From a virus (Duplodnaviria; Caudoviricetes), in IMG/VR virus record IMGVR_UViG_3300022538_000807, positions 1-60,018 of that record: a stretch of DNA of 60,018 bases. One strand, 5' to 3'. This document shows, piece after piece, positions 29,196 through 37,655 of this stretch. Below the pieces are notes generated by a model, which was given only the letters and a program-made list of their open reading frames with translations, had not been told where the DNA came from and made no database searches. Numbering within the stretch: the first letter of the stretch is position 1; every line of letters starts with the position of its first letter. The translations under genes and the position numbers were made by a program.

Positions 29196-29867
29196 TTATG
29201 TTAAATCCTCTCCAAGCTTGTCGTCTATAAACGCGAAATGAACCTGGATGAGACAGGCGTCCGTTCCGAGAGTATCCTCACTGAAATCGCGCCATAGCCG
29301 AAGTCCCAAAATATCATGAGCGATTGCGCCTGTGATGCCGGTCGTCAGCCTTATCCGGATGAGCATACCAGTAGCATGGTTACCGTCAGTGGTCGTGGTT
29401 ATAGTCGTTGTTGTATCATTGACCGTCTCACCACCCACAATAGTAATATAATCAAGATTCCAGCAGACAGTCCCGTTATCCTGCGCACCGGTATAGCACC
29501 AATCAACATCAACGTCTATTGTTGTGCCGACTGCCAATCTGAATGGCACTATGATGGAGTAATATGCCTCGTCGTCATGTGTCGAATCGAAAAGAATCAC
29601 AGGGAAAATCCCGACTAAACCATCCGTCGGGGCTTCAGCCCCTCTCTCCCAACTAGGTGCGGTAACACGCACATGATTCCTCACTCTCGCCGTTCCGACC
29701 ATTGTCAGCGTGCCGTCTGGTGACAACTGCGTGTAGTTGGCCGTATCCCCCATTTGGAACGTACCATCATCAGCTATCCGCAACCAAGCCAGATGAAGAT
29801 AGTGATCGGCCATGAGGAAAGCGCAGAAAACGAAAACAGCTAAGCCGATAATCGCCAGTTTTTTCAT
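29196..29867 (-). CDS. Signal-peptide-bearing beta-sandwich fibre-like protein
   Basis: MKKLAIIGLAVFVFCAFLMA-DHY; SPDGTLTMVGTARV fibre-like segment; Thr-rich jelly-roll-like C-terminus. Confidence 0.6.
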   Translation of the reverse strand: MKKLAIIGLAVFVFCAFLMADHYLHLAWLRIADDGTFQMGDTANYTQLSPDGTLTMVGTARVRNHVRVTAPSWERGAEAPTDGLVGIFPVILFDSTHDDEAYYSIIVPFRLAVGTTIDVDVDWCYTGAQDNGTVCWNLDYITIVGGETVNDTTTTITTTTDGNHATGMLIRIRLTTGITGAIAHDILGLRLWRDFSEDTLGTDACLIQVHFAFIDDKLGEDLT

Positions 29868-29879
29868 CTTTAAACCTCT

Positions 29880-31025
29880 TTAATATTGCGTATAAATGAA
29901 ATAAAATATCACTTCGCCTGCGCTTGTTGTATTAAGATTGGCTCCTACTGCCGTGGAATAAGCCAACCAGGCTTTAGCGGCCGTGGTATAATAAGCCCCT
30001 GCTGTAGTGGCACTCCAATAAGCACCCTTTAGGCTGTAGTCCAGCCCTACGGCATCAGAAGTCAGGTTCATCGTCTCCAGTAATATCCCAGTATTGTCGC
30101 CCGCATCTCCTACGGTGACATCCAAATCCGTCATGCCCGCCGCCACAAATTGAGTCTCTAAAACAATAATAACATTCTCCAATCGGCTATTGGCTGGCTG
30201 TGTCCAGATAGTAACGGAGTCTGTCAGACCTGCCGCATCGAACAGGTCAGAGCCGTGAACTTTGGCTATATGGTATCTGGCTATGTTGTAGAGCGATGTG
30301 TCGTTCGTGTCATCAACCCTGAAGTCGGCAAAGAAGTTGTATCCCTTGCCCGATGATGCGTCACCCACGCTTGTCAGTAGCGACTTAATTAATAGGCTTC
30401 CGCCTGCTGCTGTATTAGTCTGGTTATATTTGTCTTCAAAATACATCCATGCCTGCTCTGCGTTGTCATCAACGAGTTCAATGTTGGCAGCGGAATCAAA
30501 TTCAACAGCATTACCCGAAGATCTGTCATACACATTGCGAAAAGTAGGCCTTCCCGAAATTTCAAATATGAAGTTTGATTTTGCATATATTGTATCATGC
30601 GTGATTCTTAAATAATCGGTGAAAGCCGCATCCATTATATATATTGCAGGCTCCGCAGATGCAGCCAATCCTCTATCGGTATTAATATCTCCCCTATCAC
30701 AGATAATCAAAGTCCGCAGGGCCTCATCAAGCCCTATCCTCAAGTCAGTACCAGCTAAACCTTCGGCTGTAGATGTCCTAATTAAATTTGAATAAGCTAC
30801 ACTCCCAAGTGATAATTGAGAATTGTCATCTGAAACAAATTCCAACACGATAGTCGAATCGCCATCAGCATCATTTATCGTTAATGAAGTCAAGAAAGTA
30901 GGTGAATCACCCGCTCCCATATACCAATCAAGCTTTCCTGTAAATGGGTTATAACGCCAATCGGCATAGCCTGTCGATGCCACCAAAAACAGTAAAGCTA
31001 TTATTGTTATAATTAATTTTTTCAT
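29880..31025 (-). CDS. Signal-peptide-bearing fibre protein sharing a central domain with the tail fibre
   Basis: MKKLIITIIALLFLVASTGYA-DWRYNPFTGKLDW; AEGLAGxDxRxGLDEALRTxIxCDRGDINTD and AEQAWMY are shared with 7505-8824. Confidence 0.75.
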   Translation of the reverse strand: MKKLIITIIALLFLVASTGYADWRYNPFTGKLDWYMGAGDSPTFLTSLTINDADGDSTIVLEFVSDDNSQLSLGSVAYSNLIRTSTAEGLAGTDLRIGLDEALRTLIICDRGDINTDRGLAASAEPAIYIMDAAFTDYLRITHDTIYAKSNFIFEISGRPTFRNVYDRSSGNAVEFDSAANIELVDDNAEQAWMYFEDKYNQTNTAAGGSLLIKSLLTSVGDASSGKGYNFFADFRVDDTNDTSLYNIARYHIAKVHGSDLFDAAGLTDSVTIWTQPANSRLENVIIVLETQFVAAGMTDLDVTVGDAGDNTGILLETMNLTSDAVGLDYSLKGAYWSATTAGAYYTTAAKAWLAYSTAVGANLNTTSAGEVIFYFIYTQY

Positions 31026-31375
31026 TTTTTATCCTCCTTTATTTGCTCCTCTATCTCCTTCTCGGCTTCAGCCTGGAGCTTTAGAAAATCCTGCGTTGTA
31101 ATAAAAATCCCGTTTCTCAAATCTAAAATTGCATCTTCAGGCATATCCTCAAATTCAGCGAACCGTTTAATCAACTCTGCTTTATATGAATTCACTTTAA
31201 TTTGAAATTCCATGTTGAATTTCTCAATCATGTTCTGAAGATTCTCTGCCATATAAACAGGCAGTTTCCATGTTTTTATTTCAAGCTTATCCTCTTTTAC
31301 TGCCTCATCAGATAAACATGGAATAGAGACAAGGAAAACCATTAGAAATATCATAATTGCTGTTTTTTTAAACAT
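31022..31375 (-). CDS. Signal-peptide-bearing helical protein
   Basis: MFKKTAIMIFLMVFLVSIPCLS-DEA followed by a charged helical domain. Confidence 0.6.
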   Translation of the reverse strand: MFKKTAIMIFLMVFLVSIPCLSDEAVKEDKLEIKTWKLPVYMAENLQNMIEKFNMEFQIKVNSYKAELIKRFAEFEDMPEDAILDLRNGIFITTQDFLKLQAEAEKEIEEQIKEDKK

Positions 31376-31402
31376 TATTACTCCTTTGTTACTTGTTTAT
31401 AG

Positions 31403-31434
31403 AAAAAGGGAAGAGGAGTTGTCTCCTCCTCCCC
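31403..31434 (-). terminator. Rho-independent terminator after the capsid/decoration genes
   Basis: Minus strand GGGGAGGAGGAG-ACAA-CTCCTCTTCCC-TTTTT. Confidence 0.8.
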
Positions 31435-31444
31435 ATCTATTATG

Positions 31445-31906
31445 TCAATTCAGCATGGTCGCTTGTTTGTACCTAGCTCTACCTTGAACCAAGAATATAC
31501 TTGCTACTTCCGAACCATCTGTGTCGTTGGTGGTAAGTCTTGCGCCGACATAAGCATAGCCCGATGACAGGCCTTCGCCTCGGACTTGAGCCTCAAGTAT
31601 ATCAAGACTCGCTCCAGCAGCAGAAGTGTAAGTGTCAATACAATTGGGTGCGGCAGTTGTTGATAAAGCCTGTGCACCTCCACCGGTTGCATCAGTAGCT
31701 TCATACATTGCAAGAGTTACAACTGCACCACTAGAACAGCTACTAACGTGTCCAACAGCACGAATTAAATCATAATATCGTGCACGGCAATATGCAGGTG
31801 TTTCAATACAATCAGCAGCGGGTGGACTGGCTTCTGAACCAAGGTCAGTTGACATATCAAGGCCACTAGATCGATAATTCTGTTTGAAGACGTGTACGTT
31901 CGCCAT
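31445..31906 (-). CDS. Capsid decoration / cement-like protein
   Basis: Follows the capsid genes; VVTLAMYEATDATGGGAQAL...YAYVGARLT...RARY resembles such proteins. Confidence 0.65.
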   Translation of the reverse strand: MANVHVFKQNYRSSGLDMSTDLGSEASPPAADCIETPAYCRARYYDLIRAVGHVSSCSSGAVVTLAMYEATDATGGGAQALSTTAAPNCIDTYTSAAGASLDILEAQVRGEGLSSGYAYVGARLTTNDTDGSEVASIFLVQGRARYKQATMLN

Positions 31907-31967
31907 TATTTTACCTCCTATTTATTTTTTGCCTAACTAACTACGGTAGTTAAGCTCACGAGTGGAT

Positions 31968-33029
31968 TTAGCTCACTTGTGCGGCAAGAACCACAAAAGC
32001 ACTTACGGTATTAGCCCCTCGATAAGGGGTTATAGGATCACCCATAATGGGTTGTCCATCTACCCTAAGCACCACTCGCCAGAACGTCTCGTCGGTTACG
32101 AATCCTACGTGTTCGTAGTTTTGTAATCGAAGTTGTAGATAATCCATATCACGAGACGCATCTATTGTCATTTCCCTATCAGCTATTACATAGTGACTAA
32201 AGTCAGCCAATAACAAATCCCCTGTAGTACCAAGAGCATAAGCCTTTTCACTGACTATAATCGGCAACCCTAGAAGTTTACGATCATTCACATTAACAAC
32301 ACTAACAACACCCGCCTCTACCGTATCAAGACGGAATATTTCCTCTAAAGTATCAGAATTCATAATCCAGACCGCCCTATTCCAGCTATCAGGCAACAAC
32401 CTCAATGCCATCCCAACAACATCGTCGTAAAGGATGGAGTTGGCCTGTGCCCTAGGAACTGTAATAAGAGCACCAGAATTTATGACTCCCATCGGTTGAT
32501 TCACACCAGTGCCGTTAATGAAACTATCGTCTTCAATAAAGCGTAAAGCTCTACCAAAGCTAATCTTCATGAAATCACCAAATTTACCATAATCGGCCTC
32601 TAGCTCATTACTGACAAAACAGCCGCCAACAAGTTTGTGCGGAGTAAGTTCCAGTTCACCGAGAGCGGGTTTAGAGACTCTATATGCCTTGCTGCCCGCT
32701 TCCTCCAGCCATCTAAAAGTGATTCCACCAAAAAGGCTAGAGACACGACTGGTTTCAACCATTCGCCTCACCTTTAAGGAATCACTTGTGGCTTTAAGAA
32801 CGGTAGCTCGTGGACGCACAATTGCATCCTCAAGAGCAACGCTGTAAATCTCCTTTGCCCATTGTTCGGGAACAAGATACCCACCTTGAGAATCATCCCC
32901 AATTTCCATGTGGCCTGCTGTCTTTCGTAATAGCCGACTGTCCTTTATGCCAGAAGCACAAGCTTTGCGAACTCTGACTAAGAACTCACCAAGACTTCTG
33001 AATCCGCCTGTTCCATCGTCTGTACTCAT
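31968..33029 (-). CDS. Second HK97-fold major capsid protein (paralog lacking most of the delta domain)
   Basis: GGYLVPE, LELTPHKL, VSNEL, FINGTGVNQPMGV, LLGLPIIVSE, ADFSHY, RVDG; own GAGGT SD. Confidence 0.9.
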   Translation of the reverse strand: MSTDDGTGGFRSLGEFLVRVRKACASGIKDSRLLRKTAGHMEIGDDSQGGYLVPEQWAKEIYSVALEDAIVRPRATVLKATSDSLKVRRMVETSRVSSLFGGITFRWLEEAGSKAYRVSKPALGELELTPHKLVGGCFVSNELEADYGKFGDFMKISFGRALRFIEDDSFINGTGVNQPMGVINSGALITVPRAQANSILYDDVVGMALRLLPDSWNRAVWIMNSDTLEEIFRLDTVEAGVVSVVNVNDRKLLGLPIIVSEKAYALGTTGDLLLADFSHYVIADREMTIDASRDMDYLQLRLQNYEHVGFVTDETFWRVVLRVDGQPIMGDPITPYRGANTVSAFVVLAAQVS

Positions 33030-33041
33030 TTTTAACCTCTA

Positions 33042-34325
33042 TTAGCTTGTAGCGGCATTAAGAACAACAAACGGTGACATAGAATGAGCACCGTACCTGG
33101 TTGTGAGCGTAGCTGCAGGCCAACACATGCCAGCAACTCTAAGCACGAACCTCCATGCTGTCTCATCGTAATCAAATCGTAGATGAGAACTTGCATCGAT
33201 GGTTATAGGTTGACGGTCTCCGATTAAGTAATACTTAAAATCGAAGAAACCGATATCTCCCTGTACACCAAGTCCCTGCATTTTTTCACTCACGATAACG
33301 GGTCTCCCGAAAATCTTCATTGGAAGAGGTTCGTTCGCTCCGCCATCTGCACTAATCCAGATCATGTTCTTACCAGAAGCATCAGCAGCATTGCCCGTTC
33401 CCAACTCAATAAGCTCAGCTAAAACTTCAGGGTTAATTACCCAGAAGGCCCTGCCTAATGAAGGAGTAAGCATTGCTTGATACATTTCTGCTAAATCTTC
33501 CAGCATCACCCTATTTGCCGTGTTACGAAAAACACTAAGCAAACATCCGCATTGAAGAATTCCCAAAGGCTGTCCACCACCCGTACCATTGATGAATGCG
33601 TCATCCTCGAAAAATCCCCAGGCAGTTCCAAACTGTCTCTTAATGAGTGGTTGCAATGCGATTGCACTGTCAGCCAAAAGTTCATTAGAGGCATAGGTCA
33701 TGCCGGCGAGTTTATGAGGAACGAGTTCCATCTGTCCAAATTCAGGTTTGGTAGGAGTTTTCTGTTTAGTTTCGGCAGTCCAATAGGCTATGATTCCACC
33801 ATATACAGAAGTCACATGAGAAGTGTCATTGATGTATGGAATTTTTAAAGAATCAGTAGTCATCTTGAGAATGGTTGCCCTAGGTCTTACGACTGCCCCT
33901 TCAAGAGCGATTTCGTAAAGGTCTTTCAGGAAAATCTCAGGAACTAAGAATCCACCCTGTGTGTCGTCTCCAATTTCCATGTGTCCGGCTGTTTTAGCTA
34001 GAGGATCAGTATATCTTCCGGCAGGGTCTACCCAAGTTAAGCGAGAATCAATAGCACTTCGGTTCATTCTGAACCTTCTGATTGAAGTCAGATATTCTCC
34101 GAATGTTTTGAATCCCTTGGCTTTTTCTGCTGCTAGTTTTTCTTCAGCGGTAGGTTCTGCAACCTTTACTTTCTCTTTTGCCTTATCAACGGAATCCTGT
34201 AAGAGTTCTTTCAACTGGTCTTGGACATAAGGATCAACTTGCTCTTTCACGAGATCCATTAGTTGCTCATCTATTGTCTTTTTAGTCTGCTCTGCGACTA
34301 AATCTTGTAGTTCACTTTCTTTCAT
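33042..34325 (-). CDS. HK97-fold major capsid protein
   Basis: Coiled-coil delta domain, GGFLVPE, SNELLADS, FINGTGGGQPLGIL, IFGRPVIVSE. Start reassigned to ATG 34325 (MKESELQ). Confidence 0.95.
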   Translation of the reverse strand: MKESELQDLVAEQTKKTIDEQLMDLVKEQVDPYVQDQLKELLQDSVDKAKEKVKVAEPTAEEKLAAEKAKGFKTFGEYLTSIRRFRMNRSAIDSRLTWVDPAGRYTDPLAKTAGHMEIGDDTQGGFLVPEIFLKDLYEIALEGAVVRPRATILKMTTDSLKIPYINDTSHVTSVYGGIIAYWTAETKQKTPTKPEFGQMELVPHKLAGMTYASNELLADSAIALQPLIKRQFGTAWGFFEDDAFINGTGGGQPLGILQCGCLLSVFRNTANRVMLEDLAEMYQAMLTPSLGRAFWVINPEVLAELIELGTGNAADASGKNMIWISADGGANEPLPMKIFGRPVIVSEKMQGLGVQGDIGFFDFKYYLIGDRQPITIDASSHLRFDYDETAWRFVLRVAGMCWPAATLTTRYGAHSMSPFVVLNAATS

Positions 34326-34329
34326 TGTC

Positions 34330-34618
34330 TTTCCATAGTATGCTGACTTTTGAATTTCAGCGATTAGACGAATACCCCCGTTGTTAACCAACAAAGTAGG
34401 TTATATAACCTACTCGTTTGGTAAGTGTGTATCCCCAGTGGCGACTTTTATTAACTAGCTACTTTAAAATTAGCCTCTGTTAATGAAGTCTTCCACCTGA
34501 TAATATCTTTTTAGGAAACAATCCCCTTTTGCTGAAGCCAGCAAGATTGATTAAACCTATATTTCATTGCAGTAAGTATCGCTTCTTGATACTTTAGCGA
34601 AATGAATATAGGTTTAAT
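34330..34618 (-). promoter_or_regulatory. Highly structured leader of the major capsid gene
   Basis: Perfect 20-bp palindrome 34395-34414; 14-bp stem 34550-34563/34605-34618; further stems at 34438-34496. Confidence 0.55.
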
Positions 34619-34847
34619 TAATCCGACTTGCTTATCGAAATGCCGAAATTTAAAATTGTAAATTCATAACATCTAAATGAAGGATTTAAATCGGCATAAA
34701 TTGTTAATAAATTTATTGGAAATGCCCCTCCATCTTTCATAGGGTTTCCAATCCAATAGTTTAAAAGTTTAATCTTCATTTTTTTCCGAATTGGTTTTAG
34801 TTTAATATTATCAAACGATACTATGGGACTATGAAAAATATATTTTT

Positions 34848-35417
34848 TCATTTCTTCACCCTCAGAATTATCTGTATTTCTTTAATTACATTATTATATC
34901 TTGTCGCTATCTCATGGATTTGAAGAGCTGTTAACTTACCAGAATCAAGCTTATCAGCCCACTCTTTCTCTAGTCCTAAATTCACTTTCTCAATCTCAAA
35001 ATCAACATCAAACTCTAATGCTAGTTGTGAATTAGCCCTGTGTTCTTTTGCCCATTTCCTATTCAGGGTTTTAGAGAATAGCGATAATCCCAAAGGTGTT
35101 ATTGCCCTCACATGAGTAGGGTCGCTTATAAAATCATCATGTCTGGGATGTGGCACAACAATATCAATCTTTGCCCCATCTGCACATACTCGGTAGAGTT
35201 CTTGGATTATTTCAAAGTAGTTCTCTATAGTCCGACCTAAATGCTCTAGCACATGGTTAAGCAGAACTTCTCCGACTGAATTATTCATCCAAGGCCAAGG
35301 ACAAGATTCTAAATTAAACAACAGGTCAGGCTTGCCATATTTATCAACATTAACATAGCCTTTTTTGTGGTTAGTGCCACATCCAAGGTTGAGTTTAAGC
35401 ATTAATTCTCCTGACAA
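34848..35417 (-). CDS. Class I SAM-dependent methyltransferase (type 11-like)
   Basis: KLNLGCG...YVNVD...HVLEHL...ELYRV...DPTHVR. Confidence 0.85.
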   Translation of the reverse strand: MSGELMLKLNLGCGTNHKKGYVNVDKYGKPDLLFNLESCPWPWMNNSVGEVLLNHVLEHLGRTIENYFEIIQELYRVCADGAKIDIVVPHPRHDDFISDPTHVRAITPLGLSLFSKTLNRKWAKEHRANSQLALEFDVDFEIEKVNLGLEKEWADKLDSGKLTALQIHEIATRYNNVIKEIQIILRVKK

Positions 35418-35533
35418 AAATACCTATAGATATGAATAAATATGGGTACAAACGTACCCACGTTGGTAGCGGGGGGGGAAATCGTCCCATAAATGTGCGA
35501 TAAGCATCCAACATTCGTGCTAAAAACGTGATA

Positions 35534-37069
35534 TTATCTTACTCTTCCTCTTATCCTATCTGTCTCATCCGCTATAGACTGCTTCAGAATTTCCTTTATC
35601 TTCTCGGGACTCAATGCTTCCTTTATTGCTTCTTGTACACCATTGCTAATGTTCACATTTTGTGGAACTCCAAAAGCATGAACATCTCTCTCTATTGCAA
35701 CTTCTCTTTCCCCTTCCTGACTCTGAGGCGGTTCGGTTGCATTGTAAAGCTGTTCTAGCTTTTCCCTGAGTTCAGTAAGTACATCTATTGTCTCTTTGAC
35801 TAGGGTGCGGTTTTTAGAGCTAAGAACACGTCCCTCTTTTAGCTCTGAAAGCTGTTCCTGAATATCCTCAAAGATAATGCCAATCGCTTCTTTAAGGTCA
35901 GCATGGTCATCAGGTTCGTGCTTGGCTTCATCAAAAATTTCATCAACTATCACTAATTCTGTAGGCAATGGAATTTCTTGCACCGCATCATCTATATCTA
36001 CAAGCACCTTTTCCTCTTCTAATTCCTCATCTGGAACTTCTTGGAGGATATTGTCTATGTTAACAATGGTTGTATCTTCCATTTCTTTTTCTCCTAATAG
36101 CTTTTCGTATCTATCTAAAAGGGATTTATGGTCACGTACCCAAGCCTGTGCTTCCGCCATGCTCCATTTTTCAATATCGAACAAATACGTATGCACCTTC
36201 TTTACCTTGCCGCAATAAATCGCTTTAATTCCCTGCTTTGCCGATATGGTAATCGTAGCCGTCACTTCGCATCCTGGATTAACAGGTATTCTGTGGTACT
36301 TCTCGGTTGTTTCGGGTTTGGTTATAGTTTCTTTCATCATCTCTGCAAGCTCTTCTAGTTTTTCTTTGCTTAATTTTTTGCCATTGCTTGTATGGATAAA
36401 TATTGGCAATTTATCTACTAGCTGTTTTTCCTTTGCCACTTCAACCTCCAATTCATCAACTATAATTTCAGGGTCATCTTTTTCTATCTCAATTTCAAGG
36501 TCTTCCTTGAGACCGCTACATGTAATAATGCCCTTCTGGTAAGCTTCCATAATTAACGCATTTTGATTTGCTGGGACTGGAACTGCCGATACCTCTAAAA
36601 GAGCAATTTTTTTATGAATTTTGTTTTCTTCGTCAAAATCCAAAGGAATGAATCCGATACTAAATCCTTTGAGAAATTTATCTTTATAGAGTTGGTAGAT
36701 TTCATCTGCTAATTGAGTTTTGGCGAACTCGAATTTCATAATTAATCCGTCTTTGCTTTTCTTTTGCCATTGCGATCGACCAATTGGAGGATCAGAATAC
36801 CGGTGTGCCCACATGAGAATTGGATTTTTCTCATATGAACTTAAGTCTATTCCCTCGGGAATAATCACCTCTCCTTCTCTGTCTTTGTCTCGAGTAGATA
36901 CCGTCGCTATAATAGTCCTGGCATCCTCATCTACTTCGCCCCTCTCTACAACATAGCTCTTTCTGACAAGCTCTATTTTATCCTTTTTCTTTTTTAGTTT
37001 TTGAGGCCAAGTGCCTAACTTATCTGGATAGACATCTATATACTTCAGCCTTTCGGTCATTTTGTTCAT
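35534..37069 (-). CDS. HK97-type prohead protease with long C-terminal extension
   Basis: DREGEVI, NPILMWAH, KGFSIGF, LLEVSAVPVPANQNAL; acidic extension ending LKEGRVLSSKNR. Confidence 0.92.
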   Translation of the reverse strand: MNKMTERLKYIDVYPDKLGTWPQKLKKKKDKIELVRKSYVVERGEVDEDARTIIATVSTRDKDREGEVIIPEGIDLSSYEKNPILMWAHRYSDPPIGRSQWQKKSKDGLIMKFEFAKTQLADEIYQLYKDKFLKGFSIGFIPLDFDEENKIHKKIALLEVSAVPVPANQNALIMEAYQKGIITCSGLKEDLEIEIEKDDPEIIVDELEVEVAKEKQLVDKLPIFIHTSNGKKLSKEKLEELAEMMKETITKPETTEKYHRIPVNPGCEVTATITISAKQGIKAIYCGKVKKVHTYLFDIEKWSMAEAQAWVRDHKSLLDRYEKLLGEKEMEDTTIVNIDNILQEVPDEELEEEKVLVDIDDAVQEIPLPTELVIVDEIFDEAKHEPDDHADLKEAIGIIFEDIQEQLSELKEGRVLSSKNRTLVKETIDVLTELREKLEQLYNATEPPQSQEGEREVAIERDVHAFGVPQNVNISNGVQEAIKEALSPEKIKEILKQSIADETDRIRGRVR

Positions 37070-37097
37070 TCAATCCCCCTTTGCCAACTAGAATAAA

Positions 37098-37250
37098 CTA
37101 GTTGATGAAATTTTGTTTAAATTCTTCAAATTGTTCTGGAGTTGTTACTTTTCCATTTGTAAAATTTATGTACGCTAATGTGACATTCTGTTGAAATGTC
37201 ACATTGGTATACAATTAGATATGCTAGTATTCCAAATTACGTAGTTCTAC
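37098..37250 (-). pseudogene. Decayed C-terminus of a phage HNH endonuclease
   Basis: Frame-broken fragments ELR...ISNCIPM / TECHISVHKFY / TPEQFEEFKQNF resemble the ELRxDxxNGxTLCxxCHxxFH...TxEQFxEF tail. Confidence 0.4.
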
Positions 37251-37321
37251 ATTACGCAATCATAAGTAATACTATATTATTTTGATAATGCCACATGTTA
37301 TATAAATATATTATTATTGCA

Positions 37322-37645
37322 GGGCTGGCAGAACTTACATCCGAGCAGCGTTCCAAACAGCTTATAATGCTTATCTTGCTCGGTTCGTCTAGTACCAGTG
37401 GGTTTATGGTTGCCAGCCCATTGTGGGACTGACTTTCTGTGACAGATAATCAGCCCGACCCCCTTTTGCTTAGTAGGAATTTCGGCATGGTGTCACAAGT
37501 TAGTGTCGCAAGTTATTATAGGTTACTATCCTAATGGTAAGCCATCGCCTCAACCTTAGATATGGATGCTAATTTGTGTCACCAATTCGTAGTCCCCATA
37601 ACCTAGGATTGTCATGCAAGCCTAGGGCGCTAATTAAACCACGCG
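37322..37645 (-). ncRNA. Candidate large structured ncRNA, family unassigned (strand inferred from operon)
   Basis: No ORF of 60 aa or more; at least five nested helices plus a possible pseudoknot; GC-richer than the flanking DNA. Confidence 0.6.
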
Positions 37646-37655
37646 GTAGTACTAT

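Noticed and set aside
7505-31025. Diversity-generating retroelement TR/VR pair among the fibre paralogs
   Set aside because: No reverse transcriptase; both copies are coding and differences are not adenine-specific.
34326-34394. TTG-start N-terminal extension of the major capsid protein
   Set aside because: It lies in the structured leader without an SD; ATG 34325 fits better.
37340-37410. RNase P RNA resemblance (AAACCCAC...GAGCAAG...GCUGCU)
   Set aside because: The universal GAGGAAAGUCC and 3' P4 segments are absent.
37425-37600. Group I intron core (GGGACUAC as R-like, AAAGUCAGUCC as S-like)
   Set aside because: Too little upstream room for P1-P6 and no interrupted gene on either side.
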